UHGV virus genome: UHGV-0034108
Origin: a virus
Reading direction: 5' to 3' (one strand)
Length of the DNA: 64,000 nucleotides
Shown here: positions 18,421-27,641 of the stretch, piece by piece
How positions within the stretch are numbered: the first letter of the stretch is position 1
How the letters are laid out: each line of letters opens with the position of its first letter
Notes under the pieces: model-generated
Seen by the model: only the letters and a program-made list of their open reading frames with translations
Database searches by the model: none
What the model was told of the DNA's origin: nothing
Made by a program: the position numbers and the translations under genes

Positions 18421-18548
18421 TTGTCTTTAATTATCCTGTCTCCACGTGTCTGTTATATTTTTATAAGTGCCTCCAGCATATACAGACATTCTTGGATGTA
18501 TTGGTAAGTGAACTGGTAACAATATGTAACCGTTTCGCTTTTATCAGT

Positions 18549-18577
18549 TTTGTGTGTCGAAAATTTTTCTATGTTTG
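18549..18577 (+). promoter_or_regulatory. Bacteroidota-type promoter (TTTG, 17-nt spacer, TATGTTTG) upstream of gene 18595
   Basis: TATGTTTG at 18570-18577 matches the Bacteroides -7 consensus TAnnTTTG. TTTG lies at 18549-18552. The spacer is slightly short. Confidence 0.4.
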
Positions 18578-18594
18578 CCACAAAAAAATGAATT

Positions 18595-20157
18595 ATGGCT
18601 GATATTAAAGAACTTGCAGAAAGGCTGTTGCAGCTCGGATACACGAAAGACAATCTTTATATTGATGGTGGTGATACTAACGATGGTGGTTATTATGGTG
18701 GTGAGCTTGCACCTGCTGTTGTTAAGCCTAAACCTGTGGTGGTTAATCTTAGAACATCGAGAGTTAGTAAAGATTTTCCTATAAGTCACTCTGCTTTAGA
18801 TCATACAGGAACTCCAAATGAGGAATCTTCTTTCTTAATAAGCAAAGGTTGGGATAGCACATACAATTTATTGACTAATAATTGCAGTGATTATACATGT
18901 AGGTTTCTTGAGGATGCTCTTGGTATATCGTTAACGAATGGTATAACAACGCCTGGTAAACTGCGCAGAGCTATGGCTAAGTCTCCAAATCTGTTGGATA
19001 CATTTAAAACGCCGGATGGTGTTTCAACTATACAGAAAATACAAATACCGTGGTACGATTACAGAAAAGCCTTAGAAGCACAACGGCAGAGGGATTTGTA
19101 TGATTATGAACAAAATGTAAAAAAGAGTCAGGGCGAACAAGTTGCTAAGTATGGCGTTAATAAACGGATTGACAAATTAAACAAAGAACATCCGAAACTT
19201 CAATATTATATAGATAGCGACGGGAATGTCATAAGGCATGAAAATCAATATGTGTATCCTTCTTCCAAGCCTTATGCACACGGTGGTCTGCTGCGCAGAT
19301 TTGACGGCGGGGGACAAAAGGAAACAGCAGAAGTGCTTCCAGAAGTTGTTGTAACTCCATACGGAAATTATGTTAACTATACCGGTGAGGAAACGACGGT
19401 TCCATCCATTTCTGATTTCTTTGATGCTAAAGCTAATGCGGCAAGGGTTAATGCAGTTGGTAATATGTTGAATACAAAACATCCTGTGGTTCCTGCGGTC
19501 CCGAATGCCTTGGCCAGAAACCTGCTTGTACGTTTCGGCGTTTCCGATGAAAGAGCGGCTGGACTTCTCGGCTATGATAAGCATCCGCATACTTGTATAG
19601 CTACAACTACATCGCAATATAATGATCCGGAAGCTTTTGTTCCCGGTAACATTACATTTGATAAAAACAGGACTGGTTTCGTTCAGGTAGGTGATTATGA
19701 TTATATTCCTGGAGATCTTGTGAATCTTTATTATAAAGGTACTCCTTTTCACTCAACAATGGTTACGGGTGTTACAAAGAGTCCTCTTGGTCCAGAATAC
19801 GGATCGCCTATGTTGACATATTCTAATGGCGGAGTTGATGTTCCGGGGGAAGAAACCCACATGCGATATAATATGAATAATCTGTATGACGATGGGGATG
19901 ATGAGACTCCGGACTTTGGACTTATGCCTGGAAATGTAGGAATAGGTCAATACAAAGTATTCAGATATGTGGGTAGTCCCAGCAGGAAGATTGATTGGGG
20001 TCGTGAATACAACTCAAAGTACGGATATACAGTGGATGAGAAAGGTAATGCTGTTGAGCCTCGTGATAAAATGTACGATTTGTTGGCAAAGATGCAACAG
20101 TATGGATACAAGTTTGAGAAAACTTCGGATGGCAAGCTTAGGGTAGTTCGTAAATGA
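18595..20157 (+). CDS. Large protein (520 aa) with a possible C-terminal papain-like (NlpC/P60/CHAP-type) Cys/His peptidase region. Candidate lysin or virion-associated hydrolase.
   Basis: Gly-rich N-terminus. Contains an RRFDGGG motif also found in protein 43816..45801. Candidate nucleophile HPHTCIATT, with His about 60 aa downstream (TPFHSTMVTG). The assignment is speculative. Confidence 0.7.
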   Translation: MADIKELAERLLQLGYTKDNLYIDGGDTNDGGYYGGELAPAVVKPKPVVVNLRTSRVSKDFPISHSALDHTGTPNEESSFLISKGWDSTYNLLTNNCSDYTCRFLEDALGISLTNGITTPGKLRRAMAKSPNLLDTFKTPDGVSTIQKIQIPWYDYRKALEAQRQRDLYDYEQNVKKSQGEQVAKYGVNKRIDKLNKEHPKLQYYIDSDGNVIRHENQYVYPSSKPYAHGGLLRRFDGGGQKETAEVLPEVVVTPYGNYVNYTGEETTVPSISDFFDAKANAARVNAVGNMLNTKHPVVPAVPNALARNLLVRFGVSDERAAGLLGYDKHPHTCIATTTSQYNDPEAFVPGNITFDKNRTGFVQVGDYDYIPGDLVNLYYKGTPFHSTMVTGVTKSPLGPEYGSPMLTYSNGGVDVPGEETHMRYNMNNLYDDGDDETPDFGLMPGNVGIGQYKVFRYVGSPSRKIDWGREYNSKYGYTVDEKGNAVEPRDKMYDLLAKMQQYGYKFEKTSDGKLRVVRK

Positions 20158-20761
20158 CAGTTACCTTTCTGAATGCTCCCTGTGAAATCATCTTGTCGTA
20201 TATCTGAGCGTCTATAAGCGAGAACGGAAAGACAAACAACGGCTCATGGTAGCATTCGTGAATGCCTGCGGTTGTCTTCAGTTGTATTTCGCCAGAGATG
20301 TCAGACTTTATTATCTCCGCGTCATTATATATAAGGGAGTATCGGCATTCTTCACTCCCGCTTTTAATGCGACCAAAAGCAAATCCGCCATTCGTTTTAT
20401 ATAGGTCACATGAACCATAGTTGACCGTCAGGTTTGATGCTGAGTTCTTGCATGCCTTCCTTACGACGACTGACTTTGTGAAGTCACGTTTGAGAAGCAC
20501 TGTGTCTTTCTTCGAATGCTCCATTAACCGGCATTGCTCAGCCGCTTCCGGACATACGAATTGACCTATTGTGTAGTTCAGAAGGTTCAGTGTTCTTATT
20601 GTCACCCTCTCGTAGACGGAAAGATTTTCACCGTTCTCTATCTTTTCCTGTGATTTGTATTGACCGTATATGACGTATATGAACCCGTTGACGATTGTGA
20701 TTATCAGAGTTGCTACAATCATTGCCGGAAGCATTTTCGCAATTAGTTTTCGGTTTTTCAT
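20138..20761 (-). CDS. Membrane-anchored protein (207 aa; N-terminal TM anchor, 6-Cys extracytoplasmic domain) encoded antisense to neighbouring genes
   Basis: MKNRKLIAKMLPAMIVATLIITIVNGFIYVIY is a type II signal-anchor-like segment. The 3' end overlaps the convergent gene 18595..20157 by 20 bp. Confidence 0.6.
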   Translation of the reverse strand: MKNRKLIAKMLPAMIVATLIITIVNGFIYVIYGQYKSQEKIENGENLSVYERVTIRTLNLLNYTIGQFVCPEAAEQCRLMEHSKKDTVLLKRDFTKSVVVRKACKNSASNLTVNYGSCDLYKTNGGFAFGRIKSGSEECRYSLIYNDAEIIKSDISGEIQLKTTAGIHECYHEPLFVFPFSLIDAQIYDKMISQGAFRKVTVIYELP

Positions 20762-21564
20762 CTTGTTTTTTGAGAGATTACTCTCGCGCGTGATTAAAGT
20801 TTTGAAAGTAAAAAGTCTAAAAAATTAAGACTTGTTATGTTTTATTGTCTTGTTAATGATGTTTAGCCGGAGGCAGGTGGGGTGAAGGTGGTTGAGCTTC
20901 TTGAGCAATCTTCTCCCCCTCCCACGAAGCCGGTATTTTCTCCGGCATGGCAGGATTAGAAGATTACCGGTGACAGGCTGTCGTGCTTCCTGGTGTGAAG
21001 TATGGTCCCGCCTCCCTCGTTCCGTCACAGTGCCAGTACGGACTTCCCGAGATTAGCGATCTGGACATCGCCCGCTGGACCCTCTCAGGAACGGCAGGGT
21101 CTCACGCCTGTCGTCTTCTCCGGGTTTTGGTTCTCCAGCTGCCCCTCAACAGAGTCTTTTAAACTACTGCCGACCTTAAGGTCTGACCTACGGCTTTTTC
21201 AGATGTTTCGAGTGGCTACGCATTTCTGCGGACGAGCTACATCACGTTTGCTTTTGATTCGGTGACAGCGCTGTGTGTTCCGCACTACAGGCCTTTGCTT
21301 TCTCTGTCACCGTCGAACGAAAAAATCCGCCCGCAAGTTTCCTCGTCTCCGAGAAATAGCCACTCGAACTTGCAGGCGGATTATATATGGAGTTGCAATC
21401 CATAGTCCTATTTTGTACTGCAAGAGTGGGCTACCAAAAGCAGCACAACAAAGGTATGGATTATTGTTGAAAACTGCAACACTATTCACATAAATTTTCA
21501 TATTTTTCTTCTTTTTCTGTCTTTAATACAGCAAATGAAACAAAAAAGTTTTCTATATAACAAG

Positions 21565-21600
21565 TTTGTTTTGTTTATTGATAATAAACCACTATATTTG
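21565..21600 (+). promoter_or_regulatory. Bacteroidota-type promoter: TTTG (21570-21573), 19-nt spacer, TATATTTG (21593-21600)
   Basis: Matches the -33 TTTG / -7 TAnnTTTG consensus with the canonical spacer. Confidence 0.5.
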
Positions 21601-21623
21601 TCGCAACAAAAACACTTATAGCC

Positions 21624-21764
21624 ATGAGGATGTATACCAGAGCTTTCAATAAGATGAGCGAACTTAACAAATTCGTAAATGAGAATGGAATCCAGAAAGA
21701 CAACATAGTCAGTATCTTTCAATCAGTCGACGAGACATACCTCCTTGTATATTATGGCGAGTAG
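21624..21764 (+). CDS. Small hypothetical protein (46 aa), not in the ORF track
   Basis: ATG at 21624 lies 24 nt downstream of the promoter -7 box. Translation: MRMYTRAFNKMSELNKFVNENGIQKDNIVSIFQSVDETYLLVYYGE. Confidence 0.35.
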   Translation: MRMYTRAFNKMSELNKFVNENGIQKDNIVSIFQSVDETYLLVYYGE

Positions 21765-21987
21765 TTCTGAACTTACAATAGAGGAGTACAATGAGCCTGT
21801 GTACTACTGTCGTGACTGTCATTCGCTGAAGGTTATCATAAATGAGGGTCTTGCGAATGACGAGTGGGACGGGTCGTACTGCGGTGACTGCGGTTCTGCC
21901 AATATCGGTGAGTGTTGTTTCGGCGAGTGGCTTGACGTTGAGGAGGCTAATGCTGAGCGTGCGAGGGTTAGGGAATGGAACAGATAA
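21754..21987 (+). CDS. Small zinc-ribbon protein (two CxxC pairs)
   Basis: YYCRDCHSL...YCGDCGS. The ORF-track start at 21745 is a TTG; the ATG at 21754 is preferred. Confidence 0.55.
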   Translation: MASSSELTIEEYNEPVYYCRDCHSLKVIINEGLANDEWDGSYCGDCGSANIGECCFGEWLDVEEANAERARVREWNR

Positions 21988-22403
21988 CGAGGATTGATGG
22001 GAGGATTTACTATGGTACGGAACAGTGCATGTCAGTCGATGACGCCTATTCAAGATTTCGTGATGACTATCACCGCTCTCTCGGACGAGAAAAGAGTAAC
22101 AGACTGGACAGGCTTGGGCAGCGTAGGGAGAGGATACACGGTTTCGGTTTCGTGTTCTCCGGAGATGTACCCGGTCTGGAAAGGTTTGGTTGCCGGGGAC
22201 GTTACAGGTGCAGACTCATGGGTCTCGTCGGAATCAGTTACGTGAGGGGGGTTGGTATATGGGACTATTCGGATGTTGGAGATGCAGAATTTGAGGAGTG
22301 GTTGGACTGGATATTCTCACGAGGAAACACGTCTCTTGTTACAACAGGTATTCGTGATAAGGTAGGAAGAACAAACAAAAGAAAAAATACAAGATATAGA
22401 TAA
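21975..22403 (+). CDS. Hypothetical protein (142 aa, Arg-rich)
   Basis: Co-oriented ORF. The alternative nested frame 21994..22245 was rejected. Confidence 0.45.
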   Translation: MEQITRIDGRIYYGTEQCMSVDDAYSRFRDDYHRSLGREKSNRLDRLGQRRERIHGFGFVFSGDVPGLERFGCRGRYRCRLMGLVGISYVRGVGIWDYSDVGDAEFEEWLDWIFSRGNTSLVTTGIRDKVGRTNKRKNTRYR

Positions 22404-22424
22404 ACCAACTAATATTTAAATGCA

Positions 22425-22772
22425 ATGGAAGAAAAGAAACAACCAGTAATGAAGCCGGTACAGCCGACTAAGAAGCTCACTTACGAGGAACTCAATCAGG
22501 CAGCGAGTGAACTGCACACACAGTATCAGAAGCTTGCTCAGGAGTACCAGAAAGTGGTGGCAGCACTCAACAACAGGCAGTTTGACTACATGTCATTCTT
22601 GCTTCAGATGCTTTTCAAGGTTATGGAGCACCCGGAGATGTATACTCAGGAGTTCGTAAAATGGGCATCGTCTAATATCGAGGAGTCCTTGAAGGGGTTT
22701 GCTCAGAGTATCACGTCTGCATCTGAGGATGGATGCAAACCTGAAGAGGGGCCTTTGAATGAAGCCGAATAA
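22425..22772 (+). CDS. Hypothetical protein (115 aa)
   Basis: Co-oriented ORF with a start soon after the previous stop. Confidence 0.6.
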   Translation: MEEKKQPVMKPVQPTKKLTYEELNQAASELHTQYQKLAQEYQKVVAALNNRQFDYMSFLLQMLFKVMEHPEMYTQEFVKWASSNIEESLKGFAQSITSASEDGCKPEEGPLNEAE

Positions 22773-23172
22773 TGTCTTTCTCGTGCCGTGTACGGAGAAC
22801 TCGTTCTACAGATCGTGGATCGAGTTCTTAACTCCGTACCACAAACTCACGGCACGTGAGAAGGATGTTGCCGCGAGGTTGTTGATGCAGTATTTCCGGT
22901 TCAGAGACAATGTGCCTGATGATGATGTACTCCGCGAATTGATGTGGTCAAAGAAATCAAGGACGGACATTATGTCATCTCTCGGAATGTCACAAGCTCA
23001 TTTCCAGATGATACTCACAAAGTTGAAGACAGCCGGTTTCTTAAAGGATGGCAACATTAATCCGCGTTTCCTTCCGCATAAGGTGCAGGGGGATTCGCGG
23101 TTTATGCTTAAGGTTGTGTTTGACTGGTCATCTGAGAAAAATCCTATAAGGCATGGGGAGGAGAAAGCTTGA
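22759..23172 (+). CDS. Hypothetical protein (137 aa)
   Basis: Co-oriented ORF overlapping the previous stop. Confidence 0.6.
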   Translation: MKPNNVFLVPCTENSFYRSWIEFLTPYHKLTAREKDVAARLLMQYFRFRDNVPDDDVLRELMWSKKSRTDIMSSLGMSQAHFQMILTKLKTAGFLKDGNINPRFLPHKVQGDSRFMLKVVFDWSSEKNPIRHGEEKA

Positions 23173-23620
23173 GGACGGGGATATCTTATTGGTGTCGAAG
23201 AATCTTGGAGTTCCGGTAGAAGAAGTACGCAGGATTGTACACTCGTTCTTTGATGATATTGGCTCAAAGGCACGACGGCTTCCGTTTGCCGATACAAGCA
23301 GGATACATAGGAGGAAATCATTTGACAAGTATTTGTTTGCCGTGAACATTCCCTGTATCGGACGTATTGGTCCTGTGTATAGCCGTTACTTAAAGTGGCT
23401 TGAGAACGAATCCGGAATGTCAGGCCAGGAGCTGCGTAAAGCACATCAAAGGAGACTGACAAAGGATGAGGTTGAATCACTTGCAGCTGATATACTCTCC
23501 GGAAGAATGCCTGATATGCCTGAAAGAAAAAAAGGAAATGAAGTTTATAGGCGGATATGGCTTGTGGATGCGGACGGAAAACGCTTGGCACGACAAGTCT
23601 TTCCAAAAAAGCTTAGGTAA
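23153..23620 (+). CDS. Hypothetical protein (155 aa)
   Basis: Co-oriented ORF. Confidence 0.6.
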   Translation: MGRRKLEDGDILLVSKNLGVPVEEVRRIVHSFFDDIGSKARRLPFADTSRIHRRKSFDKYLFAVNIPCIGRIGPVYSRYLKWLENESGMSGQELRKAHQRRLTKDEVESLAADILSGRMPDMPERKKGNEVYRRIWLVDADGKRLARQVFPKKLR

Positions 23621-23649
23621 TGTTTAAGTAATGTTTAAGTAATGTTTAA
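23617..23649 (+). repeat. Perfect 3 x 11-bp tandem repeat (GTAATGTTTAA)3 spanning a stop/start junction
   Basis: gtaatgtttaa gtaatgtttaa gtaatgtttaa. Creates three ATGs (23620, 23631, 23642). The first two are followed by TAA after two codons. Confidence 0.9.
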
Positions 23650-24040
23650 GATTAAGAAGGTAAGGCCGTTGTTCACCGGAATCGTGACCACGGCGAAAAA
23701 GTATGTCGGAGAAGTGAAGACTTCCGGTGGTCTTCTTCTCGACACGACACGAATGGAGGGAAGCCTCAACCCATATCAGACGGTAGTGTCTGTTGGTGCG
23801 ATGTGCAAGGATGTAAAGCCTGGGGATGTTGTGAAGTTGAACTTCAAGCGATATGCGAAGGCTAATCATGCTCCGGGAGCTATTGACGAGGCTCAGAACA
23901 AACAATTCGATAACCTGTCTATAGTGTACGAGATACCGATGATAGACATTGATGGGCAGGAGTGCTTATTCCTACAGTCCAATGATATAGAATATGTGGT
24001 TGAGGATTATGATGTTGACGAGGGTGGACTTTTGCAATAA
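23642..24040 (+). CDS. Hypothetical protein (132 aa). Weak resemblance to GroES/gp31-like co-chaperonin beta-barrel proteins.
   Basis: MFKIKKVRPLFTGIVTTAKKY...GEVKTSGGLLLD...KPGDVVKLNF follows the GroES-like pattern (RPL.DRV.V...G....G.VL..G). Low certainty. Confidence 0.55.
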   Translation: MFKIKKVRPLFTGIVTTAKKYVGEVKTSGGLLLDTTRMEGSLNPYQTVVSVGAMCKDVKPGDVVKLNFKRYAKANHAPGAIDEAQNKQFDNLSIVYEIPMIDIDGQECLFLQSNDIEYVVEDYDVDEGGLLQ

Positions 24041-24056
24041 TTAAAACACTTATTAT

Positions 24057-24266
24057 ATGGCAACTCAAAAGATTAGCGCAGATGAGCGCAGGTGGCGTGC
24101 TGAAGAGGACGCAAACACCATGGCAAGGTATGAAGAGATAATGTCAGACAAGGCACGTAGGTCTGCTGCCGTGAAGATGGCACAGTCAAAGGCTACTGAC
24201 CTCAACAAACGTGCTGCTGCCATGAACCGTGTCGCAGGTATGAAGCCTTCAACAAAGAAGAAGTAG
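24057..24266 (+). CDS. Small basic protein (69 aa)
   Basis: Co-oriented ORF. Lys/Arg/Ala-rich. Confidence 0.45.
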   Translation: MATQKISADERRWRAEEDANTMARYEEIMSDKARRSAAVKMAQSKATDLNKRAAAMNRVAGMKPSTKKK

Positions 24267-24267
24267 T

Positions 24268-24813
24268 ATGAAATTAATAGAGTTCGATGGTGTTGATTTC
24301 AAGGTAGCGGACGAGGCTTTCCTTATACGTCCCATACGTGAGTTGTTTCAGAGGGACGGAACAAAGAAGAAGGAAGATTTCTGGAGGCAGATGTCTTACT
24401 TGTGGTTCATGTGTGATCCGAGGAGTACCTATATGTATATCACAGATCAGGATAAGCGTGCCGCTGAGATAAAGAAGACAGAAGGTTTCGATGATGACTG
24501 GGAACCTGATGAACTTCTTCTGGACGCTATGGATGCCTACAGGAGACAGACAACTACTACTGCCTCCGTCCTGCTTGAAGGCATGCGTAAGGGAATTGAC
24601 AAGCTTGTAATGTTCTTCAATGACTTTGACCTTTTCGCTCTCGACAAGAACGACAGGCCCATATATCAGGTGAGTACAATGACAGGTGCGCTAAAGCAGA
24701 TACCGGACTTGGCCAAGGCTCTTGCAGATGCTGAAAAGGCTCTTGCAAAGGATTTCGTGGAGGATGATAAGGCACGCGGTGGACTCGAAAAATCAGTTGC
24801 GGAGGATTGGTAA
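24268..24813 (+). CDS. Hypothetical protein (181 aa)
   Basis: Co-oriented ORF adjacent to the terminase gene. Function not recognisable. Confidence 0.6.
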   Translation: MKLIEFDGVDFKVADEAFLIRPIRELFQRDGTKKKEDFWRQMSYLWFMCDPRSTYMYITDQDKRAAEIKKTEGFDDDWEPDELLLDAMDAYRRQTTTTASVLLEGMRKGIDKLVMFFNDFDLFALDKNDRPIYQVSTMTGALKQIPDLAKALADAEKALAKDFVEDDKARGGLEKSVAEDW

Positions 24814-25376
24814 TGGAATATAAATCTGTAAAAGACTTTAGTGTAAACACACTTGAGATTGGTGGTTTAGTCGGGGCATTCTCAGCCTTGCATCTCCCAT
24901 TTGGTAAGGACTGCGGTTCCATTGCCGGGACTTTTTGCGAAACAGATGAGCGGGGGCAGTTGACATATTCTGCATTCATCACCCCTTCCGATGGTGACAT
25001 GAGTCTTCTTGAGAAACTTCGTTCACACGGTGATGAACATGCTAAGGTACTTCGTGGTATTATGGTGTGGTGCGAGATTAATGCACCGCGTTACTGGTGG
25101 CAGGAGATGGCTACATACAGGATAGGCTCGGAGCAGCTCAGTTCAGAGTCCACGATGCACATACAGGGGAAGGGACTGTCTCAAGACGAGCTTATTGAGA
25201 TGAAAGAAAACCTGCCTGAGGGTTTCATGCAGAAACGTATCTGGATGTTCTCGTATCAAACTCTTGGAAGGATTTACCGTCAAAGGAAGAATCATAGACT
25301 TCCGCAGTGGTGGTCATTTTGCGACTGGATACAGTCACTCCCATATTCGGAACTTATTATAGGAGCAGAGAAATAG
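24807..25376 (+). CDS. Hypothetical protein (189 aa)
   Basis: Co-oriented ORF immediately upstream of the terminase large subunit. It could be the small-subunit partner, but no motif supports that. Confidence 0.55.
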   Translation: MVMEYKSVKDFSVNTLEIGGLVGAFSALHLPFGKDCGSIAGTFCETDERGQLTYSAFITPSDGDMSLLEKLRSHGDEHAKVLRGIMVWCEINAPRYWWQEMATYRIGSEQLSSESTMHIQGKGLSQDELIEMKENLPEGFMQKRIWMFSYQTLGRIYRQRKNHRLPQWWSFCDWIQSLPYSELIIGAEK

Positions 25377-27641
25377 GTGACTGACACTGTAATCATACCA
25401 ACCAATGAATATCAGACTCCGATAACGAAGGAACTGCTTGATATGTACCCGGATGAGGTGCAGGAGCAGTTCCTTGAGTTCGTCGATACAGTACCTCTTA
25501 TAAAATACATGATAGGCACTGACAGGAAGCGTGCCCGTGATTTGGCGAGGGATTCTAAGGGCAGGATTATAGTGGATATAACTCATCCCCATATATTGGA
25601 GGATATGGATTACTTCCGTCCAGCTGCAAAGTTCTTTCAGGAGAACAAATGTTATACTTTGCTTCAGCCGAACTCCAATTCCAAGAGTGAGTTTGGTAAA
25701 TGGCTTTCTGAAGAATTTAGACGTTGCCGTGAGGGTTATGTCCGTGAATCTGATGGCGAGTGGGTCACTGGGCAGATGTATTGGTTTCTCAACTACTGTC
25801 CGATAATGCTGAACAGACTTGCTCCAGGGACTGATATATATGTTAGGATTGAGGAGTTTCCAGATTTCTGGGAAGGTATCTATTACAGATTTCATTACAT
25901 AGATCAGGCTCGTCATTCCGGAAAACACTGTATGGAGCTTGCTCGCAGAGGTTGCGGGAAAAGCTACTCACTCGCATCACTTATGTCACATAACCTCATA
26001 CTTGGGGAAAACGAGGTAGCCAAATCGCGTGTTACGACTGTTTTGACGGCAGGTACAAAGGAGTACCTTGCGGATAAGGACGGTACGTTCACGAAATTTT
26101 CACCGATGATTGACTTCTGTGCTAATAACACATTCTTTCCAAGGCTGATGCTGAAGCGCTCTCCTTCCGAGATGATATGGAGGATGGGTTACAAGAATAG
26201 CAATAAGAATGAACTCGGTTCTCTCAATTCAGTGATGGGACTTTCCGTAAAAGATGATGAGGGAAAGATTAGAGGAAAACGAGGATATATCTTGTTTGAG
26301 GAGATGGGTAACTACGCAAACTTCAAGGAGGTGTGGGATAACGTGCGCGACTCTGTAAAGGAAGGAAGTCATGTGTTCAGCCTTTTATACGCTGTAGGTA
26401 CTGCTGGTGATGACGAGTCTGACTTCTCCGGTGTCCGTACAATTCTTTATAATCCTTCAGCGTATGAGGTCTATGCACTTGTAAATGTTTATGATAAAGT
26501 AGGCAAGGGTACAAACAAGTTTGCATATTTCTTTCCATCATATATATCAAGAGCCGGATGCATGGATAAGGATGGAAACTCAGATGTCGTGAAGGCACTC
26601 TTCGAGATACTCATGGAGCGGTGGATGGTAAAGCAGGGTGGAGATGCCAAGTCACTCTTGTCAAGAATAGCACAGATGCCTATCACACCGGCTGAGGCAA
26701 TCCTCAAGGTGAAGTCTAACTTCTTTCCTGTGACAATGCTTACAGAAAGATTGAGGCAGCTCGACCAGGACCCGCACGCCTACGATGACGTGTATGTCGG
26801 GACTCTTATTGAGGTGAATGGTAAGGTTGAGTTTCGAGCAACGGATGATGTTCCTATAAGGCAATGGCAGGTGGACAATACTAATCAGGGTGCTCTTGAG
26901 ATATACGAGATGCCTGCATCCGGACATATACCAAGCAACAGGTATATAGCAAGTCTCGACCCTGTTGATAATGATCAGGCTGAATCCACATCATTTTCCA
27001 GTTGCTTTGTGTTCGATCTGTTCACTGATAGGATAGTCGCTGAATACACAGGACGAATGCCATTTGCGGATGATAATTTTGAAATGGCAAGACTGATGTG
27101 CTTGTTTTACAATGCAACCATACTTGTTGAGGCCAATAAGAAAGGCTACTATGCGTATTTTGCAAAGAAGCATTGTACCTGGCTGCTTGCGGACTGTCCT
27201 GAATATTTACGAGATAGGCAGCTTGTGAAGTATTCGATGTTTGGATCTGCACAGAAGGGTGTGACAGTTAATGCTCCTATAATTGGGTTTGCTAATGGGC
27301 TGATACGTGACTGGCTGTGCAAGACAACAGCTGTTGAGGTTAAAGATGAGCATGGTCAGATTACAATCCAGCAAATACCTAATCTTTACAGACTTCGCAA
27401 CAGGGCACTTATTGAGGAGTTGATAGGCTACTCGGCAGAAAAGAATACAGACCGTGTACGTTCTCTTGCCCAGCTTATGCTGTACAGGGAGCAGTTTATA
27501 ATTCTGTATGGCGGTTCACCTGAATCAGGTGATGTGTCGAATGATGATGTTTCGTCTGATGAGTTCTTTGATCGTGACTGGAAAAGACAGACAGGATCTT
27601 ATAACGATTTTTATGAGTACATGAAGCAGTTTTTCAAATGA
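25377..27641 (+). CDS. terL: Terminase large subunit
   Basis: Walker A MELARRGCGKSYS. Walker B-like RGYILFEEMGNY. C-terminal RNase H-like nuclease motifs IASLDPVDND and ILVEANKKG. Length 754 aa. Confidence 0.85.
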   Translation: MTDTVIIPTNEYQTPITKELLDMYPDEVQEQFLEFVDTVPLIKYMIGTDRKRARDLARDSKGRIIVDITHPHILEDMDYFRPAAKFFQENKCYTLLQPNSNSKSEFGKWLSEEFRRCREGYVRESDGEWVTGQMYWFLNYCPIMLNRLAPGTDIYVRIEEFPDFWEGIYYRFHYIDQARHSGKHCMELARRGCGKSYSLASLMSHNLILGENEVAKSRVTTVLTAGTKEYLADKDGTFTKFSPMIDFCANNTFFPRLMLKRSPSEMIWRMGYKNSNKNELGSLNSVMGLSVKDDEGKIRGKRGYILFEEMGNYANFKEVWDNVRDSVKEGSHVFSLLYAVGTAGDDESDFSGVRTILYNPSAYEVYALVNVYDKVGKGTNKFAYFFPSYISRAGCMDKDGNSDVVKALFEILMERWMVKQGGDAKSLLSRIAQMPITPAEAILKVKSNFFPVTMLTERLRQLDQDPHAYDDVYVGTLIEVNGKVEFRATDDVPIRQWQVDNTNQGALEIYEMPASGHIPSNRYIASLDPVDNDQAESTSFSSCFVFDLFTDRIVAEYTGRMPFADDNFEMARLMCLFYNATILVEANKKGYYAYFAKKHCTWLLADCPEYLRDRQLVKYSMFGSAQKGVTVNAPIIGFANGLIRDWLCKTTAVEVKDEHGQITIQQIPNLYRLRNRALIEELIGYSAEKNTDRVRSLAQLMLYREQFIILYGGSPESGDVSNDDVSSDEFFDRDWKRQTGSYNDFYEYMKQFFK

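Noticed and set aside
19177-19752. Antisense ORFs nested inside long genes (for example 19177..19752 minus, 36771..37097 minus, 48094..48720 minus, 51165..51650 minus, 61034..61705 minus)
   Set aside because: They are fully contained within longer co-oriented genes that have recognisable domains or strong operon context. Their translations are low-complexity or hydrophobic, typical of shadow ORFs.
21002-21493. Plus-strand ORFs 21002..21265 and 21275..21493 (and minus 20825..21028) inside the GC-rich island
   Set aside because: Low-complexity Pro/Ser/Arg-rich translations of the kind expected from GC-rich non-coding DNA. No start context. They overlap each other and the structured hairpins.
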